DNA of 55,045 nt, taken from assembly GCA_016779165.1 (NCBI GenBank), contig JADHOE010000004.1:1-55045 (forward strand), in the 5' to 3' direction. The translations under genes were made by a program, and so were the position numbers. Below, in pieces: positions 19,954 to 30,440 of this stretch (position 1 is its first letter; each line of letters starts with the position of its first letter). Under the pieces are notes generated by a model. The model saw only the letters and a program-made list of their open reading frames with translations. It was not told the origin of the DNA and did not search any database. This stretch comes from Candidatus Margulisiibacteriota bacterium (lineage in GTDB: Bacteria; Margulisbacteria; Marinamargulisbacteria; UBA817).

Positions 19954-20757
19954 ATGGGGTTAATGTCAAATAAAAAAGGAATAATTTTCGGAGTTAGCAA
20001 TAAGCGAGGCATTGGTTATGCAATTGCAAAGCAATTGTTTAATGAAGGGGCAGATATTGCTTTTACATATGCTGGTGAAACAATGAAAAGCCGGGTGTTG
20101 CCATGTGCAGAAGAAATGAATTCAAAACTAATAATGAATTGTGATGTAACAAATGATGACGATATTGCATCGGTTGTTCATGAATTCAAACGGGTATATG
20201 GAACCTGTGATTTTATTATCCACGCAGTGGCATTTGCAAATCGTGAAGATTTGGAAGGTGACTTCTCAAATGTCTCTCGTGAAGGTTGGCAGACGGCCAT
20301 GGATGTCAGCGCTTATTCATTTGTTGCTATTGCCAATAAATTTAAGCCACTTCTTAACCCGAAAGCGTCCCTTATTGCATTGACATACCTGGGTGGTGAG
20401 CGGTCCGTGCCAAATTATAACGTCATGGGTGTTGCCAAAGCGGCATTGGAAGCCAGTGTTAGGTATTTGGCCTTGGAGTTTGGTCATTCAGAAGTTAGGG
20501 TGAATGCCATTTCAGCTGGCCCAGTTAAAACCCTAGCGGCCAAGGGTATTTCTGGGTTTGATATTTTGCTAAAGGTAAATGCTGCACGATCCCCTATGAA
20601 GCGTAATGTAACCCTTGATGAGGTTGGCAAGGCAGGGCTTTACTTATGCAGTGATTTATCGTCTGGCGTTACTGGTGAAGTGCATCATGTTGATTGCGGG
20701 TATCATTCAATTGCAACCAGCAAAGAAGATGCAAAAATTATTGGTATATCAGCCTAA
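19954..20757 (+). CDS. fabI: Enoyl-ACP reductase
   Basis: GGAGG SD, HAVAFA, LTYLG, YNVMGVAKAALE, RVNAISAGPVKTLAA, TGEVHHVD. Confidence 0.96.
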   Translation: MGLMSNKKGIIFGVSNKRGIGYAIAKQLFNEGADIAFTYAGETMKSRVLPCAEEMNSKLIMNCDVTNDDDIASVVHEFKRVYGTCDFIIHAVAFANREDLEGDFSNVSREGWQTAMDVSAYSFVAIANKFKPLLNPKASLIALTYLGGERSVPNYNVMGVAKAALEASVRYLALEFGHSEVRVNAISAGPVKTLAAKGISGFDILLKVNAARSPMKRNVTLDEVGKAGLYLCSDLSSGVTGEVHHVDCGYHSIATSKEDAKIIGISA

Positions 20758-20908
20758 ATTTTAAATACTCTTTTTAGAGATTTTTTTTTAACTAAGGTCT
20801 ATCAAGTTGATCTTTTTTATAAAAATAATCGACTTTACATGAATTTGGTATTTACTTAACGACAGATTCAAACTAAAGTATATTTATTACACAAAAAAGG
20901 ACAAAAAA

Positions 20909-21142
20909 ATGAATTTATATATTGGAAATTTATCATATGAAGTTGAAGAAGATGATTTGCGTGAAGCATTTCAACCTTTCGGTGAAATTAAAAGCGTAAA
21001 AGTAATTAAAGATCGTGAAACAGGTCGCTCTAAAGGCTTTGGTTTTGTTGAGGTTGAGCGTGGAGAAGATGCAATACAAGCATTGAATGGCCAATCAATC
21101 AAAGGGCGCGAAGTACGAATTAACGAAGCTCGCCCTAAATAG
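20909..21142 (+). CDS. Single-RRM RNA-binding protein
   Basis: RNP2 LYIGNL, RNP1 KGFGFVEV, DRETGRS, INEARPK. Confidence 0.93.
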   Translation: MNLYIGNLSYEVEEDDLREAFQPFGEIKSVKVIKDRETGRSKGFGFVEVERGEDAIQALNGQSIKGREVRINEARPK

Positions 21143-21145
21143 TTA

Positions 21146-22147
21146 ATGACCCCAATTAGAGAAAACATTATTCCTGCGAGCCTAATCACACTTAGCGCTA
21201 TAGGAATAACGTTTGCGTTGTACGAAATGAAAACCATTTTGGTGCCGTTCGTATTCTCTATTTTTTTATATTTTATTATTGCACCACTCATTCGGTGGCT
21301 TCGACAAAAATGCAAGCTTCCGAGATTGTTGGCATTAATGGTTACATTTTCTCTGCTATCTACCATTTTTATGGGATTTACATTGCTATTAGGGATTTCC
21401 ATAAAGAGTATTATTTACAGTGGCCGTTTGTATCATAAAAAACTATTATTGCTTGTCGATTATATCTCAAACCTTCCGATATTAGATCGTCTAAACATCC
21501 AATTGGACTTTACAATAATCGAACAATTTCTAAGGTCTGTCCCCATTCTTGACTGGCTAAGTAACCTTACAGGCAGTGTGGTTGGGATCATTAGTAATTT
21601 TGTGTTGGTTCTTGTTTTTCTACTGTTTATTGCGATTGGCGAAAAATCAGATACTGCAAGAAAAATTATTGATGATGAAGTTGAATCAAAAATCACTCGA
21701 TACATTTCGACAAAGTTTTTTACATCGTTGCTAACTGGTGTAATAACATTTGTTGTATTGTTTGTGTTTAAAGTTGAAGTGGCGATTTTACTTGCTACCC
21801 TAACTTTTTTCCTTAATTTTATCCCAAATATTGGTTCTATCATTGCCATAGTAGCTACAGTCCCTATTTTATTTTTACAATTTAACGTTAGTTTTTCCTT
21901 CATTTTTATTTTGATTGTATTATCTGCCACTCAATTTATAATTGGAAATATATTAGATCCAAAGTTGCTTGGTGAGAATTTAGGATTACACCCGGTTGTG
22001 ATTTTGCTTTCATTGCTTTTTTGGGGATACATTTGGGGCATAGCGGGCATGTTCATTGCTGTTCCAATGTCAGCAATTATAAAAATATTAATCAATCGAT
22101 CTCAAATTACTCAAATATTTTTGAAAACCTTTGAAAAAGATATTTAA
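21146..22147 (+). CDS. AI-2E family transporter
   Basis: LNFIPNIGS, QFIIGNILDPK, LGLHPVVIL, WG-WGIAGMFIAVP. Confidence 0.9.
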   Translation: MTPIRENIIPASLITLSAIGITFALYEMKTILVPFVFSIFLYFIIAPLIRWLRQKCKLPRLLALMVTFSLLSTIFMGFTLLLGISIKSIIYSGRLYHKKLLLLVDYISNLPILDRLNIQLDFTIIEQFLRSVPILDWLSNLTGSVVGIISNFVLVLVFLLFIAIGEKSDTARKIIDDEVESKITRYISTKFFTSLLTGVITFVVLFVFKVEVAILLATLTFFLNFIPNIGSIIAIVATVPILFLQFNVSFSFIFILIVLSATQFIIGNILDPKLLGENLGLHPVVILLSLLFWGYIWGIAGMFIAVPMSAIIKILINRSQITQIFLKTFEKDI

Positions 22148-22149
22148 TA

Positions 22150-23397
22150 TTAGTTTTTAACCAGGAGCTTATTGATTTTGTATTGCAAAAAGCTCAATGA
22201 GTAATATTGCCTCATTTGATCGTGATTCAGGTCCCCCCAATCCAAGTTTAAGTGAATGAAGCGATTAATGGTTTTTATGTCTTGAGAGCTCAGATGTTCA
22301 GAAATTGGTATAATATGGCACCCAAGATCTGACAATTCAAGCCAATCAGAATGTTTTTTTGTGCAAAATAACAACGGGCATTTATGTTGAATCGCTTTAT
22401 GCAACGGTTGGCCGAAACCAACGCCAGAATCAAAGGTAATAACGCCTTTTGAAAAAGCAAATAAGTAATCGATATTGACATAATCAGACGAATAAAAATC
22501 ACTTTCTTGCAAAATAATAAATCGGTGGTTAAGGTTAAGCCCATCAATTTTTTGTTTCAGGTAGATTAAATAATCAGCATAGTCAGCATGTGGTTTAACG
22601 ACGGATATAATTTTGAATGCATCGTCTTGAATATTGTCCAAAAGCTTAAATAAATTTTCAAAGTTGACATTTGGTATGAGTGATGAAAAATTAAGCAGGC
22701 ATTTATCATTCAGGGTTAACTCAAACGATTCTGATAGCATTGAACTATATCCCTCACTAAAACATGATATATTTTCCTTATCTTTAAACTGATTAAAATC
22801 AATGACATATGGAATAATCATTGATTCGATATTGCAGTTATCTTTTAAGTATGTCTTTATGATTCGGTTGCTTGAAATATGTGTTGTATGGCGATTATGG
22901 TATGGAAAACAAGACGATAATATGGTTTTTATAAAGGTATTATTTGAAAGTTTTTCTATATTTTTTCTATAGAAAGCATCGTGGTGCTTTACCATAAGAC
23001 GACAATTACTTTTTTTGAGTTGCTGATGCAATGCGTATGATATTTGTATATTAAACGGAATTGAAAAATAATTTTCCACAAAAATCATGTCAATCTGGTT
23101 TGTTTCCATCCAGGTATCAATAATGTTTTCAATGCGATGCGTGTGCTCTTCAAATGTTTTGATTAACGGATGATTACTATCCGATAAATCAAATAATTTT
23201 GATGTCAGATTGATATTGGATTCACTTTCAGAAATAAATTCATTCATTACAGTGGTATTGTTTAGAAAATGCCTGGATTTTCCGGTTAAAATATACACCT
23301 CGTGCCCCAAATCCTTTATGACTTTATTCCACTTTAAAAATTCCAACGATAGCGAATTAAATCCCCCGACCTCAGGGATGATAAAGCCAATATTCAT
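22150..23397 (-). CDS. Divergent GT4 family (GT-B) glycosyltransferase-like protein
   Basis: N-terminus IGFI...SLEFLKW...LGHEV, VEN-SIPFN and HHD resemble mannosylglucosylglycerate-synthase-like GT4. EX7E region degenerate (GVGFGQPLHKA). Confidence 0.6.
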   Translation of the reverse strand: MNIGFIIPEVGGFNSLSLEFLKWNKVIKDLGHEVYILTGKSRHFLNNTTVMNEFISESESNINLTSKLFDLSDSNHPLIKTFEEHTHRIENIIDTWMETNQIDMIFVENYFSIPFNIQISYALHQQLKKSNCRLMVKHHDAFYRKNIEKLSNNTFIKTILSSCFPYHNRHTTHISSNRIIKTYLKDNCNIESMIIPYVIDFNQFKDKENISCFSEGYSSMLSESFELTLNDKCLLNFSSLIPNVNFENLFKLLDNIQDDAFKIISVVKPHADYADYLIYLKQKIDGLNLNHRFIILQESDFYSSDYVNIDYLFAFSKGVITFDSGVGFGQPLHKAIQHKCPLLFCTKKHSDWLELSDLGCHIIPISEHLSSQDIKTINRFIHLNLDWGDLNHDQMRQYYSLSFLQYKINKLLVKN

Positions 23398-23449
23398 GTG
23401 TTCATTTATCGATATAATGAACACACAAATAAATTTAAAATTGATGATG

Positions 23450-24862
23450 TTATTTTTTTGCTGGCATTAGATGCGTGCACAAACCAAGGGCATGTTCGGC
23501 TGATTCCATCAGTGTTTCAGATAATGTTGGGTGTGGGTGTATGGTTTCTGCTAAATCAATGACATTTAGCCCACTTTGTATTGCCAAAGCGGCTTCAGAT
23601 ATTAAGTCACCAGCATGTTCACCAACGATACCTACACCAATGATAGTTCCTGTATTCGGTTCAGAAATCACTTTAGTTAATCCTTCGGTTCTATTTAGTG
23701 TTAATGCCCGTCCACTTGCACTCCATGGAAACTTGTGAACATTTACCTTCTGTTTGGCCTCGCGAGCTTCATTTTCAGTTATACCAACCCATGCAATTTC
23801 TGGGTCTGTAAATACAACAGCTGGAATGCATAGGTGTGACAGTTCTAAACTTGTTTCATTTAATATTTTAGCAGCTGCTATCTTTGCCTCTTTGGTTGCC
23901 TTATGGGCCAACTGAATACCGCCAGCAACATCACCAATGGCAAAGATATTCGCATTTGTTGTTTCGCAGCATGCGTCAGTAATGATGAATCCTTTATCAT
24001 CAACTTTTACGTTTGTATTTTCCAAACCTAAATCATTGGCATTGGGTTTACGACCCACACTAATAAGCACCTTATCAAATTCCATATTTTTTTTGGTCTC
24101 TGTCGCAACCATATCGACGGCAATTTTTTTCCCTTTTGTTTTCATTTGTTTGACTTGGTGATCAGTAAAGATATTCGGTATTTTTTTAGATACATATTTT
24201 TTTAGAACGTTAACTAAATCTTTATCTGCACCGGGTAATATGCTCGGCATTGCCTCTACCACGGATACCGTTGAACCTAGGCTGGCATAAACACTTCCAA
24301 GTTCCATCCCGATGTAGCCGCCACCAACAACCAATAATTCCTTTGGAATTTCGTCAATGGTTAGCGCTTCATTAGATGTCATGATTCTTGGGTTTCCCAA
24401 GTCCATGGCTGGGGGGATAAATGGTCGTGAACCTGTGGCAATGATGGCGTGGTTAAAGCTATGAAACTCTTGGCCATTCTCAGTTTCAACACGTAAGGTT
24501 GTTTCATTCTCAAAAATTGCTCTACCCTTAAGTACAGATACATTTCGAGCCTTTGCGAGTGTCTCTATTCCGCCTCGAAGTTGAGCTACGACAGAATTTT
24601 TCCAATGTCTCATTTCATTTAAATCAATAACAGGATCTTTAAATGTAAGGCCTTGGGCACTGCTTTTTTTTGTTTTATCAATTAACCCTGCAACATTTAA
24701 TAATGCCTTTGATGGAATGCAGCCGCGGTTTAGGCAAACGCCACCGATATCGTCCTTTTCTATAAGCAAGACAGATTTTCCATGGTCCGCTAAGTGAAAT
24801 GCTGCAGCATATCCCCCAGGCCCTGATCCAATAATAATGACGTCCTGATGTTTTGTTTTCAT
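23450..24862 (-). CDS. lpdA: Dihydrolipoamide dehydrogenase (E3)
   Basis: GSGPGGY, GGVCLNRGCIPSK, GGGYIGME, HPHPTLSE. Confidence 0.97.
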   Translation of the reverse strand: MKTKHQDVIIIGSGPGGYAAAFHLADHGKSVLLIEKDDIGGVCLNRGCIPSKALLNVAGLIDKTKKSSAQGLTFKDPVIDLNEMRHWKNSVVAQLRGGIETLAKARNVSVLKGRAIFENETTLRVETENGQEFHSFNHAIIATGSRPFIPPAMDLGNPRIMTSNEALTIDEIPKELLVVGGGYIGMELGSVYASLGSTVSVVEAMPSILPGADKDLVNVLKKYVSKKIPNIFTDHQVKQMKTKGKKIAVDMVATETKKNMEFDKVLISVGRKPNANDLGLENTNVKVDDKGFIITDACCETTNANIFAIGDVAGGIQLAHKATKEAKIAAAKILNETSLELSHLCIPAVVFTDPEIAWVGITENEAREAKQKVNVHKFPWSASGRALTLNRTEGLTKVISEPNTGTIIGVGIVGEHAGDLISEAALAIQSGLNVIDLAETIHPHPTLSETLMESAEHALGLCTHLMPAKK

Positions 24863-24863
24863 A

Positions 24864-26147
24864 TTATTTCACCCACTTCTTATCAAATTGTTCGATATTT
24901 TTGGTTAATGTTTGCACGAATCGTGCACCATCTGCACCATCAATTACACGATGATCATAGGAAAGCGCAACAGGCATTTTTAAGCTTGGCGTCCACTCAC
25001 CGTTATTAAACTCTGGTTGATTTGTTGCCGCACCTGTACCTAAAATAGCAACTTCTGGGGAATTCACGATTGGCGTAAAATGAGACGCCCCCAGCCCGCC
25101 TAAATTCGATAGTGTAAATGTTGCTCCTTGAATATCCTTTACAGCAAGTTGCTTGTCTCGTGCTTTTGTTGCAAGGTTATCGAGTTCTTGCGCAATCGTT
25201 TGAAGGGACTTTTTATCAGCATCTTTAATAACAGGAACAACTAAACCAGTCTCCGTATCAACAGCTACGCCCAAATGTATGTATTCTTTAATGATTAACT
25301 CATCGTTAACCAAGCTTGAATTAAATGTAGGGTGGTCTTTTAAGGTTTCTGCAATGGCTTTTAATATAAAAACGGTTACACTTAATTTAATGTCCCCTTT
25401 TTTCAACCCTGCATTGGCCTCTTTTCGAATCGTCATAATGGTGTTAATGGATATATCAGAGAATTGAGTAACATGTGGAATATCTTGCCATGCAGATGTA
25501 AGGTGATTTGATATTTTTTGTCGAAGCGATGTTAGCTTTTGTTTTTTTATTGGACCAAATGAAGCAAAGTCAATGGTGGGTTTTTTTGCTGTTTTTTCTT
25601 CTTTTTTTGGTTCATCTGTTTTGTTTAATGCATGTTGGCAATGGGCTAAATATGCCTTTATATCATCCCAAGTTAGTCGGTTGCCAGTACCTGTTGGTTG
25701 AATCTTTGTAATATCCAATCCAGACAAACACGCAAATTTAATAATCGAAGGTGATGTTTTTACATCAAAGATGTTATCAGGTAAAGAAATTGGTGCTACT
25801 GGTGATAGTGGGGTCGGCGACGTTGGTGGCGTAGCGTTCATTAATGGCTGTACCTGCTGAACGGGGGGGGCTATTGGAATTGTATCTTTTGGTTTGTTTG
25901 GTTGATTGGCTAATGCATCCCCAGCCAGTGTGACAACCAGCATTCCTTCTTTAACCACGTCCCCCTCTTTAACAGAAATTTGGTCCACAATACCATCAAA
26001 TAACGATGGAACAGGCGCAGTTGCTTTATCTGTTTCAAGTTCAATTAGGGTCTGATCAACCGCAACTGAATCTCCTGGTTTAACCAATATTGATACAACA
26101 TTTGCTGATTCGATTCCATCACCTAAAAAGGGAATTGTAATATTCAT
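24864..26147 (-). CDS. aceF: Pyruvate dehydrogenase E2, single lipoyl domain
   Basis: ETDKAT lipoyl site, Pro-rich linker, GATFTLSNLGG, SYDHRVIDGADGARF. Confidence 0.93.
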   Translation of the reverse strand: MNITIPFLGDGIESANVVSILVKPGDSVAVDQTLIELETDKATAPVPSLFDGIVDQISVKEGDVVKEGMLVVTLAGDALANQPNKPKDTIPIAPPVQQVQPLMNATPPTSPTPLSPVAPISLPDNIFDVKTSPSIIKFACLSGLDITKIQPTGTGNRLTWDDIKAYLAHCQHALNKTDEPKKEEKTAKKPTIDFASFGPIKKQKLTSLRQKISNHLTSAWQDIPHVTQFSDISINTIMTIRKEANAGLKKGDIKLSVTVFILKAIAETLKDHPTFNSSLVNDELIIKEYIHLGVAVDTETGLVVPVIKDADKKSLQTIAQELDNLATKARDKQLAVKDIQGATFTLSNLGGLGASHFTPIVNSPEVAILGTGAATNQPEFNNGEWTPSLKMPVALSYDHRVIDGADGARFVQTLTKNIEQFDKKWVK

Positions 26148-26159
26148 GTGTTGCTCCTC

Positions 26160-28814
26160 TCACATCATCCGAAATGGATGGTTTTTCTTTGGTGAAATAT
26201 TTAGTGATTTGTAAATTTTAGAAAATGTACTATTCGTAAGGTTATCATATTTTTTTAATTGTGTGATGCATGCTAGAACAATCATTGCTTCATCAACTTC
26301 AAAAAATTGACGCAGGTTTTCTCGTGTGTCACTTCGTCCAAAACCATCGGTTCCAAGGCTTAGCAAGCCATGGGGTACCCACGGTGAAATTTGATCTGAA
26401 ATGATTCGCATATTATCCGATACAGCAACAGTTGGGCTAGAAAATGTTGCCATTATTTTTTGAAGGTACGATACTTCAGGTTTTTTTGTGGGGTTTAGTA
26501 AATTTGTCCGATCCGCTTGAATGGATTCTTCACGCAATCGCTTATAATTGGTCACGCACCAAATCGTTGAGCCAATGCCATGATCAACCAATTGTTCCTG
26601 TGCCTTAATGGCTTCATTAACCAATGACCCACTGGCCAATATATTTACATGTTTCTTGCCCTTGATTGTTTTGAATTCATACATGCCCTTTAGGATGCCT
26701 TCTTTTGCACCTTTTGGCATTTCTGGCATGGTATAATTTTCGTTTCCAAGCGTCAGGTAATAATAGATGGCTTCATTATCTTGATACATTCGTTTGATGC
26801 CATCGTTGATGATTTCAACAATTTCGTAACCAAATGCCGTATCATACGCTTGAATGGATGGAATGGTGCTAGCCAAAATTAAACTGTGACCATCTTGATG
26901 CTGAAGTCCCTCGCCATTTAGGGTTGTTCGTCCTGACGTTCCACCACACAAAAAGCCACGGGTTCGCATGTCAGCTGCTAACCAGGCTAAATCCCCAATG
27001 CGTTGAAACCCAAACATTGAGTAATAAATGTAAAACGGTATCATAACCTGACCATGGGTGGCATAACTGGTTCCAGCAGAGATAAAGGATGACATTGCAC
27101 CTGCTTCATTAATGCCTTCCTCTAAAATTTGGCCATCTTTTTCTTCTCTGTAATACAATAGTGACGCACTATCAACGGGCTCATATAATTGGCCTGATGG
27201 GGCGTAAATGCCGTATTGCCGAAACAAAGCTTCCATGCCAAAGGTCCGCGCTTCATCGGGTATAATAGGAACAATTCGTTTACCAATATCAGGGGTTCGC
27301 AACAATTCAGTGAGATAACGTACAAAGGCCATTGTTGTTGATAACTCTCTATCGCCGGACCCTTTGAAATGTTGGCCACTGGGTGTTGGGACTTGTATCT
27401 TGGCTATTCGCTCTTTTCGTTCTGGAAGAAACCCATTAAGGAGTTTTCGACGTTCGATCATGTAATTGTATTCAATACTGGATTCAGAGGGTCTAAAAAA
27501 TGGTGTATCAACAATTGCTTCATCATCAATTGGAACATTGAGACGGTTTCTAAATAAACGCAACTCTTTTTCATTCATTTTTTTCTGCTGGTGAGAAATA
27601 TTCTTACCTTCGCCAGCTTCTCCCAATCCATAGCCTTTTACTGTCTTTGCCAATATTACCGTTGGTTGCCCCTTATGTTCGGATGCTTTTTTATAAGCCG
27701 CATAAACTTTCTTTGGATCGTGTCCGCCTCGTTTTAACGCTTTAATATCGCTATCCGTCATGCTGTTAACCAACTCAAGTAACTCTGGGTCTTTACCAAA
27801 AAAATGCTTTCTAACATAGGCGCCAGATTCTACTGAAAACTTTTGGAATTGGCCGTCAACCACATCATCAAAACGTGACAATAAATTTGCTTGAGTCTTC
27901 GAGTAAATCAGCGGGTCCCAATTCGACCCCCACAATACTTTAATGGGGTTCCAACCAGAACCCAAGAACACAGATTCAAGCTCCTGAACAATTTGACCAT
28001 TTCCACGAACTGGGCCATCGAGGCGCTGCAAATTGCAATTGACAACAAAAATTAACTGATCCAATTTTTCTCTAGCCGCCAAGGATAAGGCGCCTAAGGT
28101 TTCGGGCTCATCAACTTCCCCATCACCAACAAAGCACCATGTTTTTGGAATGTGCTTAATAATGCCGCGTGCATGCAAGTATTTATTGAAACGCGCCTGA
28201 TAAATGGCAAGGATTGGCCCCAAGCCCATTGATACTGTTGGAAACTGCCAAAAATCTGGCATTAAATAAGGGTGTGGGTAAGATGATAATCCCCCACCCT
28301 GTGCAAGTTCTTGACGAAAATTGTGAAGTTTTTTGGATTCAAAACGATGCTCAAGGTAAGCCCGAGAATAGATGCCTGGTGATGCATGGCCTTGAAAAAA
28401 TATTTGATCAGCTTCAAATTCCCCATTATTGCCACGAAAAAAATGATTGAATCCGACTTCATACAATACTGCAGACGATGCAAATGTTGAAATATGCCCG
28501 CCTAGACCATCATGGACTCGGTTGGCTTTAACAACCATGGCCATGGCATTCCACTGAACCCAACTTTTGATTTTATTTTCAATCTCAAGATCTCCGGGAT
28601 AATCAGGTTCTTCGTGAGGGGGAATGGTGTTTATGTAAGGTGTATTTACTCTGGTGCTCTTTGATTCACCTGATAGATCGTCCAATCGTCTTTGCATGGA
28701 TCTAACTAATTGCTGGGCGTCCTCATGACCACCCTTGGAGTATAGATAATCCAAGGAATCAAAACATCGTTGTTGTTCCACATTGGTAAGGGATGCATAT
28801 GTATTTTTATTCAT
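26160..28814 (-). CDS. aceE: Pyruvate dehydrogenase E1, homodimeric type
   Basis: GGHIST, QGHASPG, FPTVSMGLG, GDGE, NCNLQRLDGPV, GEGLQHQDG, GTDGFGRSD. Confidence 0.97.
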   Translation of the reverse strand: MNKNTYASLTNVEQQRCFDSLDYLYSKGGHEDAQQLVRSMQRRLDDLSGESKSTRVNTPYINTIPPHEEPDYPGDLEIENKIKSWVQWNAMAMVVKANRVHDGLGGHISTFASSAVLYEVGFNHFFRGNNGEFEADQIFFQGHASPGIYSRAYLEHRFESKKLHNFRQELAQGGGLSSYPHPYLMPDFWQFPTVSMGLGPILAIYQARFNKYLHARGIIKHIPKTWCFVGDGEVDEPETLGALSLAAREKLDQLIFVVNCNLQRLDGPVRGNGQIVQELESVFLGSGWNPIKVLWGSNWDPLIYSKTQANLLSRFDDVVDGQFQKFSVESGAYVRKHFFGKDPELLELVNSMTDSDIKALKRGGHDPKKVYAAYKKASEHKGQPTVILAKTVKGYGLGEAGEGKNISHQQKKMNEKELRLFRNRLNVPIDDEAIVDTPFFRPSESSIEYNYMIERRKLLNGFLPERKERIAKIQVPTPSGQHFKGSGDRELSTTMAFVRYLTELLRTPDIGKRIVPIIPDEARTFGMEALFRQYGIYAPSGQLYEPVDSASLLYYREEKDGQILEEGINEAGAMSSFISAGTSYATHGQVMIPFYIYYSMFGFQRIGDLAWLAADMRTRGFLCGGTSGRTTLNGEGLQHQDGHSLILASTIPSIQAYDTAFGYEIVEIINDGIKRMYQDNEAIYYYLTLGNENYTMPEMPKGAKEGILKGMYEFKTIKGKKHVNILASGSLVNEAIKAQEQLVDHGIGSTIWCVTNYKRLREESIQADRTNLLNPTKKPEVSYLQKIMATFSSPTVAVSDNMRIISDQISPWVPHGLLSLGTDGFGRSDTRENLRQFFEVDEAMIVLACITQLKKYDNLTNSTFSKIYKSLNISPKKNHPFRMM

Positions 28815-28820
28815 CTCTAG

Positions 28821-28826
28821 ATTATA
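28821..28826 (-). promoter_or_regulatory. -10 box of the aceE-aceF-lpdA operon, predicted leaderless
   Basis: Minus strand TATAAT, 6 nt (CTAGAG), ATG 28814. Confidence 0.55.
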
Positions 28827-28840
28827 CCGACAAAGGCATT

Positions 28841-28873
28841 AAAAAACTATACTCGCAAAGTAAAAAAGCGAGT
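28841..28873 (-). terminator. Possible intrinsic terminator
   Basis: ACTCGC/GCGAGT stem (28851-28873) followed on the minus strand by ATAGTTTTTT. Downstream of the 29025-29555 gene. Confidence 0.35.
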
Positions 28874-29024
28874 GTTGCTTGATTGAAAATATTAAGAGTA
28901 GATTTGATGCAAATGCCTGGTGTCAACATTATGCTTGAGGAGATAAACCCAACTCATTTATGATAAAATCAGTTGGTTTTAATTATTGTAGGGATAATTA
29001 GTCTATCACCTGGGGGCGTGTTAT

Positions 29025-29555
29025 TTATGTGCCGCTTTCTGGAAAAAACGTCAAGAATAATCGGAATGTTTGATTTGAAAAACTGCTGTTTTTAGTGTCG
29101 GAGGCTGGTGCCACAATGTAGTTATTTGAAATCATTTGCATATTTAATGCGATTGACTTGGTTATGGTACGAACGTACTTAAAATTTAAACCAAACCCAT
29201 TTCCAACAAACAATGTATCAGGAACATTATCATTTAATATCAGGCTAAAATTAAAACCGATACCAAATGCATTGTTGGTCGTTAATTGCTTCATGAAGCA
29301 TGTTTGCAATTCGTACTCAGTTAATATTGATCGGCTCCCCTGCCGATAATTTGAGATAACGTTTGATAGACTTACGTATTCTGCTTCATTCAACTCATGA
29401 TTTATATCCAAAGAAACAAATTCATTTTGAGCAGAAATTCGTTGTTTATTTAAAACGCCAACGCTGTAGGAAGAGCTACCAACGCCTGTTGAGATCCCAA
29501 TATCGGCAAATGCCGCATAAGTGATCATTAATAAAATAATAATGGTTGCTTTCAT
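29025..29555 (-). CDS. Exported hypothetical protein, possible small beta-barrel
   Basis: SD AAGGAGG before ATG 29555. Signal peptide ending AFA; alternating strands such as FGIGFNF and GFGLNF. Confidence 0.55.
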   Translation of the reverse strand: MKATIIILLMITYAAFADIGISTGVGSSSYSVGVLNKQRISAQNEFVSLDINHELNEAEYVSLSNVISNYRQGSRSILTEYELQTCFMKQLTTNNAFGIGFNFSLILNDNVPDTLFVGNGFGLNFKYVRTITKSIALNMQMISNNYIVAPASDTKNSSFSNQTFRLFLTFFPESGT

Positions 29556-29638
29556 GTTGTCCCTCCTTACTTTCACTAAATATCGTCATAAATGTTGAAA
29601 AGATTTCACAAACTCACCCTTTCATTTAATATGGATAA

Positions 29639-30403
29639 ATGACAGGATTAAACTACATTAGAAGGGGCCGTGAAAACGCTCAAACGATTGTTTTAATTCA
29701 TGGTCTATTTGGCTCCCTTGATAACTTAAATGGCATTGCGCGATTGTTAGCAAAAACAAATGATGTTGTTTCAATTGATTGCAGAAATCATGGCAATAGC
29801 TTTAAATCTGACGCCATGTCGTACCATGACATGGCGTCGGATGTGTTGATGTTATTAAACACTCTTGGTATTGATTCACCCGTTATTGTTGGGCATTCCA
29901 TGGGTGGCAAGATTGCAATGAGCCTTGCCCTATCCAATACCATTAAATTAAACGCAATGGTTGTCATTGATATTGCCCCAAAATCATACCCACCGTTTCA
30001 TAACGGGATTATTCATGAATTATTATCAATTGACGTTCGAGATTACAATCGACGATCTGAGGTTGATGACGCCCTAAAAGCAAAGATTCCAAGTCAGCAA
30101 TTGCGGCAATTTTTACTAAAAAGCTTGGTGGCTACACCAAATGGTTTAGAATGGAAATTAAACATTCAGGCGATTCATAACAATTATGAATCTATATCCG
30201 GTTTTCCAAAATTCAATGGGCATTGTGAGTCACCATGCTTATTCATAAGGGCAGAGCAATCCAATTACATTGAATCCAATGATTGGGGCAGTATAACAGC
30301 CTTGTTTCCAAATGCACATTGCCAGACCATCGAAGGGTCTCATTGGGTTCATGCCGAACGCCCAAATGAAATAGCCGATTTTGTTCAAACCTTTATTAAT
30401 TGA
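29639..30403 (+). CDS. Alpha/beta hydrolase, YbfF-like esterase
   Basis: IHGLFGSLDN, RNHG-S, GHSMGGK, DIAP, HWVHAE. Confidence 0.9.
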   Translation: MTGLNYIRRGRENAQTIVLIHGLFGSLDNLNGIARLLAKTNDVVSIDCRNHGNSFKSDAMSYHDMASDVLMLLNTLGIDSPVIVGHSMGGKIAMSLALSNTIKLNAMVVIDIAPKSYPPFHNGIIHELLSIDVRDYNRRSEVDDALKAKIPSQQLRQFLLKSLVATPNGLEWKLNIQAIHNNYESISGFPKFNGHCESPCLFIRAEQSNYIESNDWGSITALFPNAHCQTIEGSHWVHAERPNEIADFVQTFIN

Positions 30404-30440
30404 TGCGTTTCACATTAAATCATTAAGGGCAATGGGCCCT

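Noticed and set aside
25863-25870. G8 run in aceF, and another in der near 51578-51585
   Set aside because: Both encode Pro-Pro in core genes, so phase variation is implausible.
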